From Isurus oxyrinchus (lineage: Eukaryota), in contig JANJGN010000071.1 in the NCBI GenBank assembly GCA_026770705.1, positions 806,001 through 869,858 of the forward strand: DNA of 63,858 nucleotides, in the 5' to 3' direction. The position numbers and the translations under genes were made by a program. This document shows positions 36,251 through 47,734 of the stretch, piece after piece. How positions within the stretch are numbered: position 1 is the first letter of the stretch; each line of letters starts with the position of its first letter. The notes beneath the pieces were generated by a model that saw only the letters and a list, made by a program, of their open reading frames with translations, searched no databases and was not told the origin of the DNA.

Positions 36251-37739
36251 TTCTCTGCCGATGCTGCCAGACCTGCTGAGTTTTTCCAGGTATTTCTGTT
36301 TCTGTTTCTGTTTTGGATTTCCAGCATCTGCAGTTTTTTTGCTTTTAGTGCTGGGCAGTTCCTCAGCAAGGATTCGGGCCACAAAACATTGCGAGTGCTG
36401 TGGATCTGCGCCACGATTTAGAGAGCTGTGCTTGGCATGCCTATTCTAGTCCCAGTCCAGTGTGGTGGGGACAGCCTGGCAGTCCTGGGTTGGTGGTGCC
36501 CAGCATGGTGTGAGTGACGTGGTCAGTCCCTCACACACGTCCATCCTGGGGGTGGGTGGCTTGATACTAGGCCGCAGGTGGCACAATCCCAGTCAGGGGA
36601 GGCATCTGCAGCCTGTCAGTGGGGAGCAGGTAATATAGAGAGTAGGGGTGGGGGTGGGAATCGAGGGGGGCCGGTGGTCTCTGTAAGTCACAGTACAATG
36701 GGCCTCTAGTTGGAGAGAGGTCAGGTCTACATGGGGCATTGGGATGTCAACATCAGACAGTCTAGGGAGGAGGACTGGGATGTCAACCCCGAACACAATA
36801 AGATCAAGGATTAGAGAGGAAGGGAGGAGACTGATTGGAAGGAGGGGAATGTGCACATTATGCTCCTCCAGCACGATGGGAGGGACTGTGATGGTTACGG
36901 GGGTGGGGGGGGTGAAGTGGGAGGGGATAGACGCTTACCTGGTGGTATTGCCTCAGCCTCACCCTTTTTCAAGCTGATCCAATGTCGCAGTTGAAGAATA
37001 AGCTACAAAACAAATTGGCAGGGGAGGTCTCCCAGGGCCTGTGGGAGACATCACCCACTGCATCTTTGGCCTGTTTGAAGGGGCACCCGAACAATTCCGG
37101 CTTTTCCAAATGATGAGGAAGACACAGCTGCACCCCGAGTCCCCTACTGGGGATCCAGAAGGTTGCAATAGCGCTGCGAGGGACTCATGGGCTCCACAGT
37201 GAGTCCCTAATTAGCGACTGGAAGGTTTATGTTCATTTATCTTTATTATCCGTTCATATTGAGCAATGGAGCTCCTGATCTGACACCTTTCTGTACCTCG
37301 TCCAATGCTTCTGTTATCAGGACTTCCACATCGATGTGAAAGAGCCATGATGATAGCAGACAGTCGCACAATGGGAATGGCACTAGGCCAGTGATCCAGA
37401 GGCCCAGGTGAATGCTTTGGAGGTACGGGTTCAAATCCCACCACGGCAGCTGGAGGAATTTAGATTCGATTAATCAATAAATTTAATTGATTGATACATT
37501 TTTTTCTTATTCATTTCAGGGATGTTGGTGTCGCTGACTAGGCCAGTATTTGTTGCCCATCCCCATTTGCCTTTGAGAACATATGGATATCTGAGTTAGG
37601 ATCAGGAGTAGGTCACTCAGTCCCTCGAACCTGCTCCGCCATTCAGTAAGATCATGGCTGATCTGATTGTCACCTCAACCTCACATTCCTGCCTACCCCC
37701 AATGACCTTTCACCCCATTGTTAATCAAGAATCTATCTA

Positions 37740-39720
37740 GCTCTGTGGAAGGGGAGCCAATCAATCGGGCTGCTTTGTCCTGGATGGTGTCAAGCTTCTT
37801 GAGTGTTGTTGGAGCTGCACTCATCCAGGCATGTGGAGAGTATTCCATCACACTCCTGACTTGTGCGTTGTAGATGGTGGACAGGATTTGGGGAGTCAGG
37901 AGGTGAGTTACTGTCTGCAGGGTTCCCAGCCTCTGACCTGCTCTTGCAGCCACAGTGTTTATATGGCTGGTCCAGTTCAGTTTCTGCTCAATGGTAACTC
38001 CCAGGATGTTGATATTGGGGGATTCAGTGATGGTAATGCCATTGAATGCCAAGGGGCGATGGTTATGAATGGTCTGTGGGATATTCTGGTACAAAATGTC
38101 AACACTCGGACTCCAGATGCAATATTCAAGTGGTTCCTTTATTAGGCATGTGGGGAGCAAACGCTGAGCAGTCCAGGCGCTTCTCCACCGAAGTTCAAAT
38201 GAGCACAGTTTATATATTTTTTACTCTCAGTTACAAGGTAATGGTATTAGTTAGACAAAGGCCACAGCACAATGACCCTCCGGTAGGCTGATAATTGTGT
38301 TCTTGTACAGTAATTACAGGGCAGAGACTGGCTATTGTCCTTTTGAGACAGCAAAGAATCTATGTTTGTTCGATACAAAAGGTTTCCGGAGGCTGACTGG
38401 ATGTGGTTCAAGGCCATCGGACGGTGTGAAATAACCTTCCCCAATTCTTGATTGAGTCACCCTGTGTCCTTGTGTGTGTGTCTCCCATTTCCTCATTGCA
38501 AATTTCCAGCTGAGCCCTCTGTACAGGTTTTTAGCTTTCACGTAAGGATGTGATTGTCTGTGTACGCTTTGTCACCCTAGCTGCTGGTCCTGGCTGGCTC
38601 TTTAAAATAAATCCAAATTTTCTGCGCCTTCAGTTAGATTCTCTCTTGTTGGAGCTGGTCATTGCCTGGCACTTGTGTGGCATGAATGTTACTTGTCACC
38701 TGTCAGCCCAAGCCTGGATGTTGTCCAGGTCTTGCTGCATTTGGACATAACTTGCTTCAGTATCTGAGGAGCCATGAATGATGCTGAACATTGTGCAAAC
38801 ATCAGCAAACATCCCCACTTCTGACCTTATGATGGAAGGAAGGTCATTGATGAAGCAGTTGAAGATGTTTGAGCCTAGGACACTACCCTGAGTAACTCCT
38901 GCAGTGATGTCCTGGAACTGAGATGATTGACCCCCAATAATCACAACCATCGTCCTTTGTGCTGGGTATGACTCCAAGCAGCGGAGAGTTTTCCCCCGAT
39001 TCCCATTGACTCCAGTTTTGCTCGGGCTCCTTGATTTGCCACACTCAGTCAAATGCTGCCTTGATGTCAAGGGCAGTCACTCTCACCTCACCTCTGGAGT
39101 TCAGCTCATTTGTGCATGTTTGAACCAAGGCTGTAATGAGGGCAGGAGCTGAATGATCCTGGTGGAACACAAACTGAGCGTCAGTGAGCAGGTTCTTGGT
39201 AAGCAGGTGCTGCTTGCAAGCGCTGTTGATGACCCCTTCCATCACTTTAGTAATGATCAAGAATAGACTGCTGGGGAATTGGCTGGGTTGGATTTGTCCT
39301 GCTTTTTGTGTACAGGACGTACCCCATAGCCGGGTAGTTGCCAGTGTTGCAGCTGTACTAGAAAATTCCAGAAAAGCTTGGCTAGGGGCGCAGCAAGTTC
39401 TGGAGCACAAGTCTTCAGTGCTATTGCCGGAATAATGTCAGGGTCTGGAGCATTTACAATATCCAGTGCCTTCAGCCCTTTCTTGATATCACATGGAATT
39501 AATCGAATTGGCTAAAGATTGGCATCTCTGATGCTGGGGACCTCCGGAGGAGGCCGAGATGGATCACCCACTCAGCACTTCTGGCTGAAGGTTGTTGCGC
39601 ATGCTTCAGTCTTGTCTTTTGCACCGATGTGCTGGGCTCCTCCATCATTGAGGATGGGGATATTTGTGGAGCCTCCTCCTCCAGTGAGTTGTTTAATTGT
39701 CCACGACTGGATGTGACATC
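37740..39720 (-). mobile_element. Degenerate non-LTR retrotransposon RT (CR1/L2 group), interrupted at about 38065-38630
   Basis: ALDIKAAFD, QGSVLGSNIFNCFINDL, MFADVC, QQDLDNIQAWAD and MEYSPHAWMSAAPTTLKKLDTIQDKAARLI. Confidence 0.85.
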
Positions 39721-41554
39721 TGGAATGCGAAGCTAGTCTCAGTAATGGTGACCATGAAACTAAGGCCAATTGTTACAAAAACCCATCTGGGTCACTAATG
39801 CCCTTTGGGGAAGGAAACCTGCCGTCCTTACCCATTCTGGCCTACGTGTGACTCCTGACCCACAGCAATGTGGTTGACTCTTAACTGGCCCCTGAAATGG
39901 CCGAGCAAGCTACTGAGTTATATCAAAACCCGCCACAGACCAGTCAAACCAGGCGAACTGCAGCACTTCGAAAAGGCAGCTCAGCACCCCCTTCTCAAGG
40001 GGTCAGTCAGGAACAGGTAACAAACGCTGTCCACATCCCGTGAAAGAATTTTGGTAAAAAGGTAGCCGTGTATCACCACCCACGGCCAGCGCCAACCCCC
40101 CCACCCCTACCTGATTGCACCAGTTTCAGATTACACCAGGTCAATGAACGGATAGAAACTCAAACCAATGAGATGAGCACAGAGCAGGATCAAGCCAGAG
40201 AGAGTTGGTGGGAAGAATTGGGAAAGCAACAAAAAAGGCAGAGCGGACACTAACACTATAACAAAGTAAAGACCAGAGGAGGAAGGAAGCAAGTGCGAAG
40301 AGGAATTGAGAGCAGAGCTGGTCGGCTGCTTGTCGAAGCCAAGGAACCTCCATAGGGCACATCCACAGTGCTGTTGGGGAGGGTGATACATGATTTTGAC
40401 CCAGGATCATCAAGTGTTGCACTGGCAGAGCCTTTAAAGTAAAGGAACCTTTACTACCCGTGCACCCCCCCGCCCTACAAAGCTGTTGACCTGCTGAGTC
40501 CACCTGTACAGGCAACCTCCAGACAGTTGGCTACAGAGGCCATTGCAGCTGCTGAATATGACTTCCAGTTTCAAACCCTTCATGAATGCAAGGATGGAGA
40601 ATTCAGCAGGAATATTCCTGCACATCCTGTGGCAGATCCTGTAAATAAAAGGGACCTTCACTCACTCCCCAAAGCTGCTGACCTGCTGATTCACATCTAC
40701 AGGCAACCTCCAAATAGTCAACTAGAGAAGACAACGCAGCTGCTGAATGTGACTCCTAGTTTTAAACCCTTCACTCTGGAAAGAAGGAATCCAGTGCAAT
40801 GGCCTCAGTATGATTCCTCACAGAAACTGATTTTAAATCTCATGTCTAAGTATTATTTTTCCTTTGCTTACATTTTAATCCCTGCACCTGATGGCTTTAT
40901 CGCTTCAACTTAAATAACTTTCAGCAGGAGCCAGGTTCAAATTGAATGGACAAGCTGGCTTGGGAGGCCAAAAGGCCTACTCCTGCTTCTGTTTATTTAT
41001 GTTGGTGTTGTTATGTAGTGGAACTAGAGAGGTTATAGCAGTTATGAGAACATTAAGCAAACAGCAGCAAGAATTGAACACCTACGTTGTGGTTTATGAA
41101 AAGGTTTTCAACCTGGTCAACTGGTAAAATCTGCTGAAAGTGGGCTATCATGGCGTGTGCCCTTTGTGAGATATTTGTAACAACGTTCTCGATGTCGGAA
41201 CAGCTTGCATTGAACAAAGCTGATCTTTACCCAGAACTTCAGAGGAAGGGGGGACAATTGTTCCCTGGTGTGGGGGGCATGGTGGGGGGGGAGGGTGAGG
41301 GAGAGACAAGTAGCCTGAAATACCAAGCCAGACACTTTGTGAAGACACAAGTTGTTTATTCATTTTTTTTCACAAATCATAATCTTTACAATTAAAGTCC
41401 CGACAAGATGATGGTGAATCATGAACACATTGTCGGGGTCAATCTGTGCCCGGGAGCATAAAGCAGCAAAATCAGGAGCCCGCTTTACATCACTCTGAAT
41501 TTTAACTATCATTAACCCCAGTAACATCCATTCAAATGACTTAGTCATAAGATT

Positions 41555-41708
41555 CCTCACACATTCACTTGCACACTCACACACCCACACCCACACAGAC
41601 ACACTGACACACTCACTCATTCACATTGACACACACTGACACAGTCACACACACCCACACAGACACACTGACACACTCACTCATTCACATTGACACACAC
41701 TGACACAG

Positions 41709-41746
<38 letters not shown>

Positions 41747-41905
41747 ACACAATCACACACATTCACATTGACACGCACTGACAGTCACACATACACACAC
41801 ACACGCTGACACAATCACACACATTCACATTGACACACACATATTGACAGTCACACACACACACACACACACACGCTCATAAAGACAGACACAAACACAG
41901 TCACG
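41555..41905. repeat. CA-rich microsatellite and minisatellite
   Basis: Directly visible. Confidence 0.9.
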
Positions 41906-42205
41906 TGAGGTGAATAGTGTCGATGTATTTAAGGGGAAGCTGGATAAACACATGAGGGAGAAATGAATAGAAGGATATGGTGATGGGGTGAGATGGAGAA
42001 GGGGTGGGCGGAGACTCGTGTGGAGCAGAAACTCCAGCATGGAACAGATGGGCCGAATGGTTCCTTTCCCTGCTGTAAAACGCAGGTAAAGTTTCAGTTG
42101 GAATTAATGAACAGGGCCTGTGTGAAATAGATTGCTAAGCAGTAGATAAGGAGGGGAGAGGCTGTGGCATGGTGCAGGATGACCTTGCGTGAATGAGGCC
42201 AGGGT

Positions 42206-42322
42206 CTAATATCTACAGCAGAGACCACAAGTCTCATTTGGTTCTCTCCAATTACAGCAGCTACAGCAGAATATGCAGAGCTGCTGTCTGTCCATTCTGT
42301 TCTGGCGCTGCAGCAAGGAGCC
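42206..42322 (-). CDS. HAMP: Hepcidin-type gene, exon 3 (pro-region end, RQNR cleavage site, 8-Cys mature peptide)
   Basis: Acceptor cttttccag|, phase 0. Reads GSLLQRQNRMDRQQLCIFCCSCCNWREPNETCGLCCRY*, matching the hepcidin pattern C-xx-CC-x-CC-x(n)-C-G-x-CC (human [25 protein letters not shown]). Confidence 0.93.
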   Translation of the reverse strand, partial: GSLLQRQNRMDRQQLCIFCCSCCNWREPNETCGLCCRY

Positions 42323-42409
42323 CTGGAAAAGCAGGAGGACAATAGGTGAGAACATTCCGGAAAGAAAGAAGGCATCATTTCAATCAGGCGCGTCATTGGA
42401 AGGAGGATG

Positions 42410-43020
42410 GCGCATTTCTATAGCGCCTTTCCCCTCCTCAGGATGGCCCAAAGTGTTCCACAGCTGAAGGAAGGACTTTTTCTGAAGTGAGCTCACCGCT
42501 GAAATGTAGGAAACGCAGCAGGCAATTCACGCACAGCAAGATCCCACAAACAGAAATGTGATAATGGCCCCGATTTTCAGTTTTTTACTAATGTCAGTTG
42601 AGGGATAAATGTTTGCCCCAGGAAAGCAGACATAACTGCATCCCATCCACCCCCCACCACCCCCTCCACACATACCCCCAACTCCTGACGCACTTCATTT
42701 AAATTGTGGCCATGGAATCCTCTACATCCATCTGAGAGGGCAGATGTTGTCTCAGTTTAACATCTCATCTGAAAGACAGCGCATTCAACAGTGCAGCACC
42801 CCCTCAGTACTGACCCTCCGACTGTGCAGCACTCCCTCAGTACTGACCGTCTGACAATGCAGCACCCCCTCAGTACTGACCCTCCGACTGTGCAGTCCCC
42901 CGCCGGTACTGACCTTCTGACAATGCAGCACTCCAAGACTGACTGTCTGACAATGCAGCACCCCCTCAGTACTGACCCTCCGACTCTCCTGCCCCCCCGC
43001 TGGTACTGACCCTCCGACAG
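42410..43020 (-). mobile_element. DeuSINE-type SINE (AmnSINE/SacSINE-like) with an internally amplified 32-bp unit
   Basis: gcacagcaagatcccacaaac...tgagggataaat...tgagagggcaga...catctgaaagacagc runs directly into the 32-bp array. Family name from memory of the consensus. Confidence 0.65.
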
Positions 43021-43294
43021 CTCGGTAATTTCTCAATTATGCCTGGTGGTCCTTTTAACTCAGAGCTGAGAGTTGCAGAGAATCGAGCAGACACCCTGAA
43101 CTGACACTTGCAGTGCAAGTACTGGGAGCGCGCTGGTCATTATCATGCTGCTGTCTGTGGGATCTTACTGTGCGCCAATGGCTGATTCTTTTCCCACAGT
43201 ACATCAGTGACCTCACATGAAAGAAAAAAAGCACTTGATTGTCTGCGAAACAGTTTGGGACGTCCTGATGTGTTGGAAGGCGCTAGAGAAATGC

Positions 43295-43446
43295 AAGAGT
43301 TGACGTTTCGAGTCCTCATGACCCTTCTGAGGACTCGAAACGTCAACTCTTTTCTTCTCCGCCGATGCGGCCAGACCTGCTGAGTTTTTTCAGGTAATTC
43401 TGTTTTTGTTTTGGCTTTCCAGCATCTGCAGTTTTCTTTGTTTTTA
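43295..43446 (+). mobile_element. Short Penelope-type element with an inverted 5' end (24-bp perfect hairpin) and 14-bp target-site duplication
   Basis: Arms 43295-43318 and 43328-43351; TSD tagagaaatgcaag at 43284-43297 and 43447-43460. Confidence 0.75.
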
Positions 43447-44723
43447 TAGAGAAATGCAAGTCCTCTTTGTCTTTCACTCGATCCTCTAAGGTGTCTGTTG
43501 ATTAACCAGTCTCTCGGTGTTTGATGTAGGCCTGGTTATAAACAGGTAGAAGGATCAAATATCAAAAATGCTTTGGCTGACAGTCAAACCGATTGTGCAT
43601 TCGGAGAGATTAGATACGGTCTGCACACAATGACTCCAGTCTCTGGCACTGACTGCCGCCTGGGGTCTCCCTTCCACATAACACTCACAACTTGCATTTA
43701 CACAGCGCCTCTGACATTGCAAAATGTCCCAGCCCACATTACCGGAGCGTAAATCAGAGAGAAGTCTAACACTGAGTCACATATGGAGATATTAGGGATA
43801 GGTGACCAAAAGCTTGGTCAAAGATGTCAGTTTTTAAGGAGCGTCTTAAAGGAGAGAGAGAGAGAGAGGCAGAGAGGTTAAGGGAGGGTATTCCGGAGCT
43901 CAGGGCCCCAGGCAGCTGAAGGCACGGCCACCAATGGTGGAGCGATGGGAATCAGGGGGACCCGGGAGATGCAGTAATGTCAGAGATTTTGGAGGAACAT
44001 CGGGACCGGAGGAGGTGTTCTCCTGCTCCATATCTCTCTCTCTCTTCCTCTCTTCCACTCCTCCTCTCCCTGTCTCTCTCTCTCCTACTCTTCCGCTCAA
44101 TTGCCCTCTCTCCCAATCTTTCTCTCCTCTCTCCCTTTTCCTGTCTCTCTCCCTCTCTCTCCCCTGTCTCCTTCTCCCACTCTGTATCTCTCCCTCTCTC
44201 TCACACTATTTTTGTACCTTTCGCTCACTCTGTAACTCTCCCTTCCCTGTTAATTTCTCTCTCTTGGACAATCTCTCTTCCCTTTTCACTTTCCCTCACT
44301 CTGCATCTCTTCTTTAATTTCTCCCTCTGTCACTCTCTCCCACCTATGTTCTTTCTCTTTCACCCCTCCCCGTCCCACTCTCTGTCTCTCTCTTCCAATC
44401 CCTCCCTCCCCCATTCCATCCCTCTCTCCGACTCTCGACTCCCAGCCTCTCTTTAACCCACTCCCAGGCTGGATCAGTCTCCCTCTCACTATTCCCGGCG
44501 TGGGTTACATTTAAAATTCCTGTGGGGATATGTTCACTTCCTTGGAATTGCCTCTTCCCAGCTTTGCAAAAAAAGTGGGGGTGGGGGGGGGGCTCGATTT
44601 CAAACATGCCTCCTGAGTATAACCGAGACAGACTGCCACTGAAATCAGCTTGAAATCAGAAAACTTTCTGTGGAAGAAACGAGCAGGGAGAAACCTTAAA
44701 ATAAGGAATGAATTTCCACCTAC

Positions 44724-44780
44724 CGTGTCCGGGGAATCCACAGATTTCTCAATAGTCGAAGAACCTAAAGCAGTGTCAAC
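44724..44780 (-). CDS. HAMP: Hepcidin-type gene, exon 2 (pro-region VDTALGSSTIEKSVDSPDT)
   Basis: Strong acceptor ttctttctttttgcag| and donor |gtaggt; 57 nt, phase 0 at both ends, as expected for the small HAMP exon 2. Confidence 0.75.
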
Positions 44781-44879
44781 CTGCAAAAAGAAAGAATTTA
44801 TCAGGGAGAAAGTGAGAGGAGGATTGAGGGAGAGGGAGAGAGAGAGAGAGAGGTACAGGAGAGAGAGGGGGAGGAGGAC

Positions 44880-45480
44880 AGACTTGCATTTCTCTAACGC
44901 CTTTCACCACATCCCAAAGCATTTCACAGCCACTGAAGGAGGTTTTTGAAGTGCACTCACACTGTAGGAAATGTGGCAGCTGATTTGTGCACAGCAAGAT
45001 CCCACAAATAGCAATGTGATCATGGCCTAGATCATCTGTTTTTGGTGATGTTGGGTGAGGGATAAATATTGGTGCCAGGACACCGGGGAGAACACCCCCT
45101 GCTCTTCCTCCAAATAGTGGCTGTGGGATCTTTCACACCCGCCCGAGAGGGCAGACGGGGGACTCGGTTTAATGTCTCATTCAACATTGTTGTGCTCCCT
45201 CAGTACTAACCCTTTGACACTGCAGCACTCCCTCAGTACTAACCCTTCGATAGTGCTGCGCTCCCACAGTATTGTCCCTCCGTCAGTGCAGCGCTCCCTC
45301 AGTACTGACCCTCCGACAGTGCAACACTTCCACAGTACTGACCCTGTAACAATGCAGCACTTCCTCAGTACTGACCTCCGACAGTATAGCACTCACTCAG
45401 TACTGTCCCTCCAATAGTGCAACACTTAAAAAACTACTGACCCTCTGACAGTGCAGCACTCCCTCAGCACGGAGTGTTGA
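44880..45480 (-). mobile_element. DeuSINE-type SINE with an amplified 32-bp unit
   Basis: L2-like tail gacttgcatttctctaacgcctttcac, then central domain, then 32-bp array. Confidence 0.7.
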
Positions 45481-45539
45481 CCGACGTTATGGGACTGAAT
45501 TCCGTGGAGTGAGACTCAGACCAGAGATTTAGGTAGGGT

Positions 45540-46430
45540 TGTTCCGGCTGGAGGAGGTTACAGAGATAGGGAGGGTTGTAGAGGCTGTAGGAGGTTACAG
45601 AGATAGGGAGGGATCTAGAGGCTGTAGGAGGTTACAGAGATAGGGAGGGTTGTAGGGGCTGTAGGAGGTTACAGAGATAGGGAGGTGAGTAGGGGCTGTA
45701 GGAGGTTAAAGAGATGGGGGGGTTGTGGGGGCTGGAGGAGGTTACAGAGGTAGGGAGGGTTGTAGAGGCTGGAGGAGGTTACCAAAATAGATACTGTTGT
45801 AGGGGCCACAGTAGGTTACAGAGATAGGGAGAGTTATAGTGTGGAGAGGACGTTATAGAATTCATGAGCATTGTAGGGGCTGGAGGAGGTGACAGTGATT
45901 CTGAGGGTCGTGGGGCCTGGAGGAGGTTACAGAGATAGGGAGGGTTGTAGGGTCTGGAGGAGGTTACAGAGATAGGGAGGGTTGTAGGGTCTGGAGCAGG
46001 TTACAGAGATAGCGAGGGTTGTAGGGTCTAGAGGAGGTTACAGTGATCATGAGGGTTGTGGGGCCTGGGGGAGGTTACAGAGATAGGTAGGGTTGTAGGG
46101 GCTGGAGGAGGTTACAGAGATAGGGAGGTTTATAGGGGCTGGAGGAGGTTACAGAGATAGGGAGGGTTGTAGGGGCTGGAGGAGGTTACGGAGATAGGGA
46201 GTGTTGTAGGGGCTGGAGGAGGTAACAGAGATAGGGACAGTTGTAGGGGCTGGAGGAAGTTACAGAGATAGGGAGGGTTGTAGGGGCTGGAGGAGGTTAC
46301 AGATATAGGGAGGGTTGTAGCGGCTGGAGGAGGTTACAGAGATAGGGAGGGGTGTAGGGGCTGGAGGAGGTTACAGAGATAGGGAGGGTTGTAAGGCCTG
46401 GTGGAGGTTACAGAGATAGGGAGTCGCTGA
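45540..46430. repeat. 37-bp G-rich minisatellite in hepcidin intron 1
   Basis: Unit gtaggggctggaggaggttacagagatagggagggtt, more than 20 copies. Confidence 0.92.
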
Positions 46431-46600
46431 GTAGGGATTGAAAACAAGAATGAGAATTTCAGGGGAAACGACAGAAGGAAATGATGTTAAATTCATAGAG
46501 GGCGACAATATTAAAGGCACGAACATAATAATATCAAACTGCGGAAGAGACCAGTCTATCTGGGTGGTAGACGTAGAGTCATGTGCAAGAAACACCTCAC

Positions 46601-46717
46601 CCAGAGGGACATCTCTTAGCTTAACCTCGGCAAGGAGAAGAAGTGACTCAGCTGCAGGGAGAGCAGCAAAGTCAGAGTGAACAAGACAAGTCGCCATTTC
46701 ATCTGGGAGCTTCCCAT
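46601..46717 (-). pseudogene. HAMP: Hepcidin-type gene, exon 1 (signal peptide) with an in-frame TAA
   Basis: Reads MGSSQMKWRLVLFTLTLLLSLQLSHFFSLPRLS*EMSLW|gtgagg; 117 nt, phase 0; TAA at 46616-46618; clear hydrophobic signal-peptide core. Confidence 0.78.
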
Positions 46718-46787
46718 CTCTGCCTGTCTCTTCTGATCTTCTGGCTCTGCTTTGATGCTTTGGTTTGTAACTAGAGGAGCTTCCTGC

Positions 46788-46978
46788 TCTTATACCTGAA
46801 ACACTTGAAGGGGACAGCCGGGGGCGGGTAGCTGTGTTGTATCACACCCATTTCTGGATATTGCAGTGTCGATGTTCCCTGTCCCACTGGCCTGGGACCA
46901 GCAGTAAGGTCACTGGGACATTGACTGTCTGGCGCCGAGAACTATCAGTCCCTCCGCAACGCCCTTCACCTTGTGCAA
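46788..46978 (-). promoter_or_regulatory. Putative hepcidin proximal promoter
   Basis: TATAAGA on the minus strand at 46788-46794, GC box at 46821-46828, GGCGCC (BMP-responsive-element core) at 46931-46936 next to GTCT, and C/EBP-like TTGTGCAA at 46971-46978. Confidence 0.6.
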
Positions 46979-47166
46979 ATATGTGTTCATATTGACGCCA
47001 CACAACGTAGCAAAAACATAGGGGCTGGTTCTTATGTCGGCAAATCAGGTGAACCGCACGCCCCCTAACCCATTACTCCTCTCATTGCTACACTTACTAT
47101 TTTACAAATTGTGTGCGTTGCTTTTATTTTGGACAAGGGGCCTCGAGGGGGAACTGATTTACAATT

Positions 47167-47350
47167 TGTAACCTCCTCCAGCCCCTACAACACTCCTTAT
47201 CTCTGTAACCTCCTCCAGCCCCTACAACCCTCCCTATCTCTGTAACCTCCTCCAGCCCCTACCACACTCCTTATCTCTGTAACCTCCTCCAGCCCCTACA
47301 ACCCTCCCTATCTCTGTAACCTCCTCCAGCCCCTGTAACCCTCCCCATCT
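47167..47350. repeat. 37-bp minisatellite, inverted relative to 45540-46430
   Basis: About 5 units of tgtaacctcctccagcccctacaaccctccctatctc. Confidence 0.9.
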
Positions 47351-47734
47351 CTTGAAGGGTTCTCAAAATTTCCAACTGTCAAGGAACCCTGGGTTGGTGA
47401 GCGTGACCCCTGACCTCTCCTAGTGCAATTTAGTTAGGGTTTGGGGGTGGGACAAGGGTAAGGGCATTAGTAGCGTGATTCTCCCTCGTTATGCCGTGTG
47501 TTCCCTATTCTTAACTCAGTGTACTTTGTAAGTCTGTATAATCTCAGTGTCATCCTAATGTTAGAAGTTCATTTGTGACTTCAGTAAACTCAGTTTTTGT
47601 CTTGCACCAAAACCAGTTGTCTGCTGCACTTTGTGACAAGCCCCGAATAAGTCCAAGGTCTAGAACCCAGGGATTGGGAGTGATTCAGATGGCTCAGAAG
47701 TCGCAGGTGAAGCTGACACACACCACCACACCCT

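Noticed and set aside
42094-42396. 100-aa minus-strand ORF over hepcidin exon 3
   Set aside because: Wrong frame; the Cys-rich hepcidin frame is the meaningful one.
46371-46697. 108-aa minus-strand ORF as an independent gene
   Set aside because: Overlaps hepcidin exon 1 in another frame and runs into the minisatellite; only its first 24 codons are kept as a possible alternative exon-1 reading.
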